This document shows positions 39,462 to 50,200 of a stretch of 64,000 nucleotides of DNA, piece after piece. The notes beneath the pieces are model-generated. The model did not search any database. It saw only the letters and a list, made by a program, of their open reading frames with translations, and was not told the origin of the DNA. The DNA is from Octopus sinensis. Taxonomy: Eukaryota. The stretch spans positions 86,242,001 through 86,306,000 of the forward strand of contig NC_042998.1 in NCBI RefSeq assembly GCF_006345805.1, in the 5' to 3' direction. The first letter of the stretch is position 1, and every line of letters starts with the position of its first letter. A program made the translations under genes and the position numbers.

Positions 39462-39624
39462 CTGTTTGACTGAGCAAGCTTACAAAGTCAACACCAATCT
39501 GCTGAGGTTTCACATCATCTTCATCTTCTGGTGGTAAAGGAGCATAACGATCCCAATTACTGGCAAGTTTTCTCCGTCGAAATAAAGGCTTAGAAACACT
39601 GTCAAGTTCTTCAGAATCACTCAC
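39462..39624 (-). CDS. AVEN: AVEN exon 2 (alternative in-frame acceptor possible at 39661)
   Basis: RRRKLASNWDRY...GVDFVSLLSQT matches Aven RRKIVSNWDRY...GTDFSVLLSS. Donor ACA G|gtattg, phase 1. Confidence 0.9.
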
Positions 39625-40429
39625 CTGGAATAATGGATCATTAATATTCTTATTTAAGGATCTGAAATTTCACAGTCAAATGATTAAGAAAATACATATC
39701 AACTAAGGTTTTATATTTAATATCATTTTTATTAATCTGATGCTGTGATATTCTTCAAATCTGGAAGCATTATCCAATTTAATTGTGTTCTGTCATTCTT
39801 CCAAAATGATAAAAATCTAGTTCAGAAAACATTTTACAAGTAATGTAAGTTTTATCTCCATAAACCACAATATAACCAGTTACACTTATATCAGAAATTG
39901 ATCAAAGAAAAGTTATATTTTCGTACTAAACAGTTAAGCACAGCGATTAAAATAGGCCCTTTATGGAGGGGTCCTACATACAAAGCACTTTAAAAAGAAG
40001 TACTTCATTTATGAAAAATGGAAGGTTGAAAAATTAAGTTGATCTGGTCAAATTTGAACTAAAAATACGCAGATTTTTAACGCTTTTGTCGTTGCCATCA
40101 ACAATACCTAAGTATTTAAAAAAGGAAAACAAACTACCCATATGACAATATTCGTTTCTACTCTAGACACAAGGCCCGAAATTTTGGGGGTGGGGACCAC
40201 TCGATTAGATCGACTCAGTACGCAACTGTTACATTAAAGGTAAAGTCGACCTCAGCGAAATTTGCTAACGTTTCTGCCAGCTCGCCGCCTCCTATATAAC
40301 AATATTAAAATATCGAATGAATTCTCTGCAACAGGAGACGTCACAACTTTCAGGTCACCAAAAAATTTCCTTCGTAGATACATGGTGTCGAATTTGTCAA
40401 GAAGAAACAATATTGATTTCGGTACTAGT

Positions 40430-40530
40430 CGTGGAGACTGGACCCGGTGCGCGCATACGCGCATCCACGCTAGCCAGTTGTAGGTAGTCGATCCTACAGC
40501 GACTTGCGTATGCAAATAAGCTGATTGGCG
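40430..40530. promoter_or_regulatory. Promoter-like motif cluster in AVEN intron 1 (NRF1-like, octamer, CCAAT)
   Basis: tgcgcgcatacgcgca (~40448), ATGCAAAT (~40509-40516) and attgg (~40524), in a CpG-retaining region. Confidence 0.4.
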
Positions 40531-41000
40531 CAACACTGCAAAAACTAAGTTAACAGCGAGCCCCTACTGAAGATTAGGAAATATTTTTCAACGATATACG
40601 GTGTATATTATTTTAAAGACAATTGATTTCTAACAAAGCCTCGAATTTCGAGGGGAGAATAATCGATTAAACCAACCCAAGTACTTGGATGCTATTTTTA
40701 GTTTAACGACCAACGTAAGTATGAAAAACAAAACTTCGGTGACATTTAAACGCAAAAGTTGTTTTCAGAAAGCATTTTGTCCCACGTTCTTATAGAAAAG
40801 GGGGAAAGGGTTAGTCGTTTCAATCAACCTCAGTATCTGATTGATATTTTATCGTACCCTATAGAATGAGAGTCAAAGCTGACCTCAACGGGATTTGAAC
40901 CCAGGACATAAAGAACCTGAAAAATAAACACAAAGCACTTCCCCGACACTAAAGATTCTTCCAGCTCAATAACATAAACGAAAATAGATGGCTATATAAC

Positions 41001-41228
41001 CTGGTAGTCGGGATTTAATTCCACGACAACTATACATTGTTTAACGTTCGTAATACAAAATATTTTCCTTATATTTGTAAAATCTTTCTGATGATTCAAG
41101 TGTGATTCCGTTTTCTTCGTTCCATGTTCTTGTCCTTTGTTTTCTTTGTGCTCTTTGCCTTTGGTAGGAATTCCATGTTTCTTTTTATATTGCTGACTTT
41201 TTTTCTGTTTGTGCTGGTCAGGCCTCAT
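41001..41228 (-). CDS. AVEN: AVEN exon 1 (3' boundary tentative)
   Basis: MRPDQHKQKKSQQYKKKHGI, a basic N-terminus like invertebrate Aven. The best donor CAG|gttata is phase 0, matching exon 2. The six exons sum to ~357 aa. Confidence 0.75.
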
Positions 41229-41904
41229 GTTTTCGACATCACTACGGCTCTCTTCTGTTTTGAAAAATAGGGAACACTATTCACGTCTTTTAGAGTTATT
41301 CCCCCTCACAACTGTATGATTATCTTGTGTATCCCAACAACGGACATACACATACTTCGCTCTCTACCACTTCTATCTATCTGCCTTTCTTTTGCTCAAC
41401 TTCTGTGACATTAAATCCATGTATTTAAGAGCATAAATCTTAACAAGCAGTTAAACATTGTTACAGCCCAATAAATGCGTATGTGCGTTTGTACATTATC
41501 GTCGGCTCAAAATCCATAAATCGATTTGTCAATAGGATCGGTATTTGTTTATTTGTAAAAAAGAGTAGGGATATTAATATTTCAATGTGCGTGTGTGTGC
41601 CCTTGCTCACACACAATCCTTTACATTATTGTCCTATTAGAGTTATTCCCCTTCACATATTACTCGAAATAATCCGGAGTGTCAGAACCCCCCCCCCCCC
41701 CCCCATTCGCCTGCGAATAACTGTGGATTAAATTTTCCAATGACGGGATGACTCTCATTCGAAAACCAGAACGAAATGTGAACGAAGTTAGTATGTATTA
41801 TTGTTTACATATTGTAGCAACAAGGGATTTATATCACGGTTCTTGATTATTTTGTAAATTAAAATAGTAAATGTAATTTACTAATACAAATACAGCTATA
41901 GTTA

Positions 41905-42500
41905 GAGGGCGTAACTACAGATTTGTACCCCCAACGATTTTGTTGCCTCATAGCTTCCAGAAAAATGGATACTTTTTGACGAAATTTTCAAAAAATACCG
42001 CTTAGATAGTGTGGATTCAGAAAATATAGGGATTTATGGGAGATAATTTTTTCGAGAGGGTGGGGAGAAGAGTTTCAGAAAATTCACACGATCCGACTTC
42101 TTCCCTCAGAATTTTCAGGAAAATCTATATCTTTTAATGAAATTTTATACAAATACCTTTCAAACGGTTTAGATTACGATTATAAAGAAATTTGTGGGAA
42201 AATGTTTTTCCGAGGGAATGGGGAGAGGAGTTCCGAAAAAAACGGAGTTTCAGATGAGGAAGACTAAATGAGTTGGAACTACTGTTTTGAGGGAAAGTTT
42301 TCCCCTTTTTTTAAACCCCAACCTTCGAAATGATGGCGGGTAGCGGGCATCTTTTTATGAAAAAAAGTTTTGAATTTTTTTTTTTACAACCCCCCCCCCA
42401 TCTCACTCCGGACCCATTTGGGATAATTTTGTTTTTGCATTTTAAAACCATGGGAGTAAATAAAAGATATCAAAAATTTGTTAATATTTTTTAAGGAAAA
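41905..42500 (+). mobile_element. Non-autonomous DNA-transposon-like repeat, copy A
   Basis: Reverse-complement copy at ~48870-49400 plus ~50075-50185. Confidence 0.65.
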
Positions 42501-42501
42501 A

Positions 42502-42580
42502 GTGGCACTGTCATGCTTTTAGTTGTCACGTCAGATTTTTCTACTTTCACTTCTGACAACTAAAAGCATGACAGTGCCAC
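42502..42580. repeat. Perfect 27-bp inverted repeat with 25-nt loop
   Basis: gtggcactgtcatgcttttagttgtca ... tgacaactaaaagcatgacagtgccac. Confidence 0.95.
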
Positions 42581-43912
42581 CCTTTTTTCTTCTTTTTCCT
42601 CCTTTTCTACTTTCGTTAATGTATCTTATTTGCCAAATTTTAATTCTATCGGCTACTGTTGAATTTTTCTTTCACTTTCTTGAAAATTCAAATGAAAGTT
42701 TATCAAAAGGAAGTTTATCAAGTTATGAACTTTTCCAGCTCCTCCCACCGGCTTGGATACAGAGTGGTGCTGTGGATGGGGAGAAGATAATTCATGTCAA
42801 CACCTGAACTCACTGCACAATAATGTAAATATGTTGCAAAGAATGAAAGCATGAAAATTCGTCCTAACAATGTTTTATTCTGTAGTGATGAGTTTTTATC
42901 ATGACAGGTTGATTGATTTATTTTCAGTTTGACTGTTTTAAAATAGACTTGTGTTTTTCCATGCTTATTTTGGATTATATATCTTGTATAGAAGTAATGG
43001 GGGTGGCTGGGTCACCCCTTTATATTTATACTTACTTTTTTTTTTCAAGTATTGTAGTTATATTTACCAATAGATATTAAATGTAAGATTGGAAGCGAAA
43101 TATGATGTTCTCAGGTTTATATCAGAACAGTTTTAGGATTTCTGTAGATTTAACTTTTCCATTTATAAGTTGGCCAGTCTGCATCCTGAATCAGTATTCT
43201 TCACCTCAAGAATTTACATGCAGCAAACATAAGAATTGTTAATGACCAATGAAAGAATTGTTAGTGGCAAACTGATAAGTTGTGTTTTCAATTTTATATT
43301 TTTATTAATCATTCAGTTTATTTTTTTGCTTCCTACTACATTATAATGAGCAAAGAAAAAACAAAGTTGTACCAGCAAAAATTCTGAAAGGAATAGCTTA
43401 AGATACTAGCATTTACTAAGTGGTTGTATGAAGTACCTAGTGACCAATTTAAAGCACATTGCAGATATTGTAGATGTAATATGTCAGCAAAATATTCTCT
43501 TTTAGTAAGCCACTGTGAAGCAAAGAAACATAAGGCATCAACTTTACAGAAAATGGTCCCTCTTACCAATTTTATTAAATGATAAAACATCTATGCTTGA
43601 AGCAAATTTAGCAATGTTTATTTGTTGCCACTCATCATTTAATAGCTGTGATCACTTAATAGAGTTATGTAAGAATTATATGTCTGATAGTGATATATCC
43701 AAAGTGAAGTTGCATCACACAAAATGTGCAAATATTGTGAGAAATGTTCTAGCTCCATCTTTTGATGGAGATTTGATTTCTGATACAGGAGATAGAAAAT
43801 TTAGCCTGTTATTAGATGAATCCAATGATATATCAACAAACAAGTTGTTAGGAATTGTTATCATATCGTGACACTCACAAAAAAGTGGAACATACATATC
43901 TCAGTATGGTAT

Positions 43913-44983
43913 TGTAGAGTGACCGTATGTAAAGGTGATGGTGACAAATGTCTCCTTTTTGAACGCCGCACGGTCGCCTTACAAAAGAAGCCAAAATACA
44001 AGTACCAAAAGGAATAAGAAGAAAAAAACAACCATATAATGTAAGAAAAAGGTTTTATTTATAAGTTTTGATAATGTGGGGAGCAGAGCGTGTGTGTGTG
44101 AGTGCGACAAGTGTGTGTCTGAGTGTTCATGAGTGCAACAAGTGTGTGTCTGTGTGTTCGTGAGTGCAACAAGTGTGTGTCTGTGTATTCGTGTGTGTTA
44201 TAAGTTGTACATAATAAAGAACAATGAAAAGTCTATAACAGGATGCTAGATGGATGTTCAGACACAAATAAAGGTAATTACCAGTTTGTAGTAATATACA
44301 CAATTGCAGAGTTTCTGTAACAGAGAAGTTGAGGCTACAAAAGTGGAGAGCCGGTTGAACACATGTCGTGTAGAGGTTGTGACTTCTATCCTAGGCCAAG
44401 TTACTTGGTACAGAAGATCTTGCAGGTAGGCTGAGCTGTTAAACTTGGTGAGTATTCACAAACCGCTTGTAGTTTAAACCTGGACGATGTTGCGGTTGGT
44501 GTGTATATAGACATGTTGGTGGTGTCGATAAGCTTAAGGCGACGGTGGTGATGACAGTGTTAAGGTGAAGGCGATGATGGTGAAAGGTCCTGAGTTGCTG
44601 CGGTGATGTTGGTGTCATCGCTATCAGTCACTGGAACTGGTTGAGTTGCTGGAACATGGCTGTCTGTCGCTGGATGCTCTGTGGTCAATGGTCTAGGACC
44701 AAAGACCCAAATGGTTTGTCATGACTAGCTTTTAAAGGGTTTAGGTGGCTCAAACAAGGCATTAGAAAAACAGTGTCATGGGACCTTATCTGAAGGTTAC
44801 GATTGGTTGGTTTACACATTGGTGTGAAATAAAGCAACCAATTAGAGTAGCAAAACCAAAACCAACCAATTAGAGTAGCAAATACAACAGGGCCTAAGCA
44901 GCCGAAGGATGGCTGCTATCGGCCACGACATTATTTGTATGATGTGTCTCAAAGAGGGATAATGTATTTCACTGACCACTACA
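43913..44983. mobile_element. Solo-LTR-like insertion (TG...CA, 4-bp TSD GTAT)
   Basis: GTAT|tgtag...ctaca|GTAT. Removal restores the hAT frame TYLSMVSLETCD. Internal 31-bp tandem repeat at ~44100-44200. Confidence 0.8.
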
Positions 44984-46113
44984 GTATCTTTAGAAACATG
45001 TGATACAGATGGCATTGTAGATGCCTTAAAAATTGAATTAGTAAAAAAGAAATTAGATATAAAAAATTTACTGGCTATAGGAACCGACAATGATAGAGTA
45101 ATGATAGGAGTCAACAATGGTGTTTTCCAGAAATTAAAAGAAGTCCCATCATTACTTCTATTTTGATGTGTATGTCATTCTTTACAGTTGGTACTATCCA
45201 ACACTTGTGCTGAATGTTTGCCCATAAATTTAGAATTTTTAATGTCCGAAACCTATAAATGGTCCTCTCATTCTTCAGCAAGACAAAGTACCTACAAACA
45301 ACTTTACCTTGCTATCAATGATAAAGAGCATTTGAAGACCGTGAATTCTTGTACAACTAGATGGATGTCAATAGAACCAGCAGTAAATAGAATTTTAAGC
45401 TAATGGTTTGAATTACAAAATCACTTCCAAACTACAACTACAAATGGAAAATGCTTTACAGCACAAATGTTACATGAAATGTTTTGTGATTCTAGGAATG
45501 GACTTTACCTTTTATTTTTGCATCCAATTTTAAAACATGTTCAGGAAGTGAATAAACTGTTTGAATCAAACACTGTTGACAAAACAAAATTACTTGAAGA
45601 TCTTTCAAATTTGATCAAATCTGTAGCCAATATGATAGTGTTGCCAACATATAGAATTGATCCTCTTGATCCAGATGCTCCTATTGAAAAATTTCTGGAT
45701 CCTAAACCAAATTTAGGCTACAGGTTCAAGAGAAAGATAGCAGAAATGATTATCAAGAAGACTGCAACAGCCACTGAAGAAAATAATATTCGCAAAAGAG
45801 CACAACAATTTTTACTCTGCCTTTATAAAGAGCTCAAGTACTGTTTGCCAGGAAATATTGATATACTGAGGAATATCAAATGTTTTTCAGTAGAGAATAT
45901 TTTGCACCATTTCAAAGAGCCAATTTTACCTGTCTTAGAAGCAGTGCATTTAAACGAAAAAAAAATTGCTTCAATTGAAATTCAGTTTAATAACATTCAT
46001 TTAGTTAAATGGACAAATATGTCTACTACCGAAGCATTCTGGCTATAAGTCCTGGAATATAAAGATGCTACAGGAGGAAATCCTTTAAGAGATGTTGCAA
46101 ATTTTGCCATTAA

Positions 46114-48309
46114 AACAACATAACAATTTTCAAAAAAAATTTGTTTATTGTATTTTTTTTATTGTTTATCAATCCATTTTTTCTGCTGATTCCAAAAATT
46201 ATTTTTTGTGTATCATCAACAGTTAAGAAAATATGTCGACTTTCAATTTTATTATGTATTCAGTATTGTTATAATGTTCTGCTACTAAATGTTTGTCAAA
46301 TTTTCTCTTTCAGACAAATTACTAAGTTCTGCTACTGTCAGGATGGCTACTAGAGTATGTAAAAATTCTCTAGATACATTTTGCTATGTGTGTGGTTATT
46401 ATATTGGAAAAAAGCAGGTATTACGTAATACCGTGAAAGGTGCCAAATTGTGGATAGCGTATAGACTATTTCAGAATGCCCATGGGTGACTAGGACAAAC
46501 CATGGGCCCCACATGTGATATGTGGAAACTGTCAAGCTACTCTAGAAGGATGGTTAAGAGGTACAGGAAGGTCAATGCCTTTTGCCATTCCAAGGGTATG
46601 GAGAGAGCCAAAGAACCATCATGATGACTGTTACTTTTGTATGATCAATGTGACAAAGTACAGAAAAGTGAAAGGAAGACAAGCCCTTCAGTATCCAGAC
46701 ATACCATCATCTAGAGCACCTGTCCCACATGATGACAGTTAATGAGTATCACTACCATCAGAAAATATTTCATCTGAAGAATCAACAAGTAGCAGCAGCC
46801 AAGAAATGGAGGAAGCTTTTGTACTAAGAACAACATCGGAGCCTCACTTTCCAAATCAGAGTGAGCTAGATGATTTAATCAGGGGTCTGGGTCTTACTAA
46901 GTCAGGAGCTGAACTTCTTTCATCAAGGTTGAAGGAATGGAATCTACTGGGGGAAGACTGAAAGACATCGCTGTACTGGAAATGCCATGAAGAATTTGAA
47001 ATTTACTATGAAAATATTAATGATCTGTGTTATTGTAAAGATGTGATTGGTTTGTTTACTGCTATTGGACTCAAGCATGATTCTGCAGAATGGCGACTGT
47101 TCATCAGTAGCTCAACACGAAGTCTCAAAGCTCCACAATGGAAATAAATATCCTTCTTTGCCTCTTGCACACTCCAATGTCAAAGAACTTCTCAACAAAA
47201 TAAATTACACTGAGTTCAAGTGAGATGTTTGTGGTAATTTCAAGATGCTTGCCTTCTTGCTTGGCTTGCAAGGGGGATACACAAAGTATTCATGTTTCCT
47301 TTGCTTATGGGACAGCAGAGCTGATGATCATCATTACAAGAGAGTACACTAGCGCCCCCCCCCCCCATGAGTGGAACTGCAGCCAGGAATGTTAAATGTT
47401 CTCAAACAGCCACTAGTAGATTCCAACAAAATCTTATTATCCCCACTTCATATCAAACTCGAATTAGTAAAACAGTTTTTGAAGGCCTTAGATTTTAGAG
47501 AAGAAGCTTTTCAAGAAATTTGTCTTATGTTTCCAAAGCTATCTGAGGCTAAGATCAAGGGTGGCATATTTGTTGGGCCCCAAGTAAATGCAATGTTTAA
47601 GTTGAAGAAACTGGAAAGAGCGATGACAAAAGTTGAAAAAGAAGCTTGGTGTGCATTTCGTGATGTAGTTAGTGGATTTCTAGGAAATCACAAGAATCCT
47701 AATTACAAACCGCTGGTAGCAAAGCTTATTGAAAACTTTAAGAAAATGGGTTGTCGTATGTCCTTAAAGGTTCATTTTTTGCACTCTCACAAAGATTTTC
47801 CCCCGAAAACTTGTGTGATGTCAGTGAAGAGCATGGTGAAAGATTTCATCAGGACATCGCAACTATGGAAAGAAGATACCAAGGACGATGGGATACTGCT
47901 ATGATGGGAGATTATATGTGGTCTCTAGTCAGAAGAGTTGAAGGTATACACTCCAGAAAATCTAGATTGTCAAAGCACTTCTCATCTTAAGAAAAGAGTT
48001 ATCAAGGCATTTACAGAGCAGAGTTTTATTGTTTCTTTTTGTTCTAACTAATATTATACTTCCTACATACCTTTCAATATATGAAAAAGTACTAAATGTT
48101 GTGTAATTATCCTTACAATACTAGAATAGATTGAACCAACAAAGTACTGTAGAGAAAAGTTACAAATATAACGAGCAAATATGAAATTAGGAATAAATAA
48201 ATAACTATCGATGTTACGTCAAAATGAATGTGATTTTTGAATTTAGTGGTAAAAAATGCATATATGAACATTAAAATATACAAATAAACAAAACATGTGT
48301 TACATTGTG
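46114..48309 (+). mobile_element. Chapaev3-like (CMC) DNA transposon, degraded
   Basis: FCYVCG, DKPWAPHVIC, WREPKNHHDDCYFC, LHIKL, KVHFLHSH, VSEEHGERFHQDI..MERRYQG. Termini (c/a)acaa(cg)taac with a 3-bp TAA TSD. Confidence 0.85.
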
Positions 48310-48869
48310 TAATCTATTAACATTGCCAAACTCAAATGCAGAAGTTGAACAGTTGGGTGTAATCAAATCAAAATTGAAAAACGAAATGCATCTTCCTATG
48401 CTTAGATCAATACTGTCTATAAAATATGGCCTGAACAAAACACATAATTAATAAGATTGGGACCATGAATGTATACAGAAGTCAAGACCTAGGTACTGTA
48501 GCTGAAAGTGATTAAATCAGTGAAATTCAAGAAATTATTTCTTAATGCTGAATATAATTTTAAAAAGTAAAGAAAAATGTAAATAAAAATTAAGCTTTTT
48601 GATATAATTAGTCTTTAGCATTTTTTCTACTGAAATTTAGCATAAAATTCTGATTTTAAGATGGTAACACTGGTTGGGACCACTGTATTTAAGTAGTAAC
48701 AATGCTTTTTCTTATACACACAGCTTCTCTTGACTGAGGTGATGGTAAAAATTTAAATTACAATTTCTTTTTGCCGCTTATATTCCACCAATAGACCACA
48801 TGTGTGTTACTTTGGCATCATCATTCCATAAAATGTGTTTAATGAGAGAAAAATATTGAATAAGCATCA

Positions 48870-50185
48870 ATACATGTGAGAGTGGAAAGGGAAGGTGGTT
48901 TGCGATGTGCTAGAAACTCCTTTGAATCGTACACTTTTTCCTTTGAAAATATTTACAATTTTCTTTTTCTTTTTTTTACCATAAAGGCTCCTCCCATAGT
49001 TTTTAAGTTCCAAAAAATTGCCCAAAAATGGGGAATGGGTGAGGATTTCCAAAACCATTCTTTTCATAAAAAGATTCACCCCCACCCCATCATTTTGAAG
49101 GCTGTGGTGAAATAAAAAATGGGGAAAATCCATGTCAAAATGGAGTAGTTCTAATTTATTTGGTCTTCCTGATCCGAAACTGTTTTTTAGGGGTTTTTTT
49201 CAAAACTCTTCTCTCCACCTCCTCAGAACACATTTACCCTACAAATTTCTTTATAATCATAATCTATGCCATATGTATAAAACTTCATTAAAAGATATGA
49301 GGGAAAAAATGTTGATCGTGTGAATTTTCCAAAACTCTTCTTCCCACCCCCTCGGAAAAATTCTTTCCCCTTATATGTTCTAAATCCACAGCATCTGAGC
49401 AGTTGTAATGGAATGCAACATTGTGGTATTACGACAGTTATGTGATAAAATAAATCAGAAGTAAAAATTATATTACAATTTATTTGAGTGTTATAACAGT
49501 TCTGGAGGTGTAATTACAGAAGCAAAACGAAAGGTTTCTTGTTATTTCAGGATTACAAGAGTTCATGGTAGCTTTGTCGTGTTTCCATGTGTGAAGCTGG
49601 TGTATGTGAGAGCATGTTTTAAGCTGAACATTTAACTCACATGGTACTGCATATTAACAGTAGAAATAATGCAGACAAGAATTGTTTCTATAAGCTAGAT
49701 AGTACTGTGAGTAGTCAGTTGAGGTTACTTAATAACAGTAATAGAAATCGCAGTTGAGTTGCTCTGTTGTTCAAGAGAAGTAGTTGTATTGCTGTGTTGT
49801 TCATGATAAATCTAAACACCTCTTAACAGTTGAAAGTCTGTGGGGCAACTGATCAAACTGGTTGGCTTTCCATGCTACAGTAGCCCCCACTCGACTGTAA
49901 GTTGATAAAATCAGCCTAGGGTTGTAGCATGGGGAGCAGACATTAACATGCAAAAATAGTAATAAGAAACACAAGGGCATGCAAGGAACAGTCAAAAGAT
50001 AACCAAGGGAAAGAAATGTGACATACCATATAAGAGCGAAAGAAAGCTATAACTGAAACTGAAAAATTGAACATACATGGTATTTGTTGAAAATTTTGTT
50101 TAAAAGTATCCGTTTTTCTGTAAGTTATGAGGCAACAACGTTTACATGGGGGTGGGTGGTGGTGGTACACATTTGTAGTTAAGCC
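48870..50185 (-). mobile_element. Non-autonomous repeat, copy B, interrupted by a ~670-bp insertion (~49401-50075)
   Basis: Segments match the reverse complement of 41905-42480 on both sides of the insert. Confidence 0.6.
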
Positions 50186-50200
50186 AAATAAAGTTAATAC

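Larger units (their letters stand above)
43100..48672 (+). mobile_element. Degraded hAT transposon (ZNF862/Tip100-like), split by two insertions
   Basis: HCRYC BED-like region; FSLLLDESNDIS; GTDN..VMIG; CVCHSLQL; TTRWMSIEPAV; reconstructed AINLLTLPNSNAEVE. 3' TIR atggtaacactg ends at 48672. The 5' end is approximate. Confidence 0.88.

Noticed and set aside
40321-40440. U11 or U7 snRNA gene
   Set aside because: Only Sm-like motifs match; the U11 5' AAAAAGGGC and the U7 histone-pairing region are absent.
42523-42807. Divergent gene upstream of AVEN
   Set aside because: No recognisable protein, no supporting splice structure and no further exons.
44100-44200. CRISPR-like array
   Set aside because: Contiguous 31-bp tandem units with no unique spacers, in a eukaryotic LTR-like insert.
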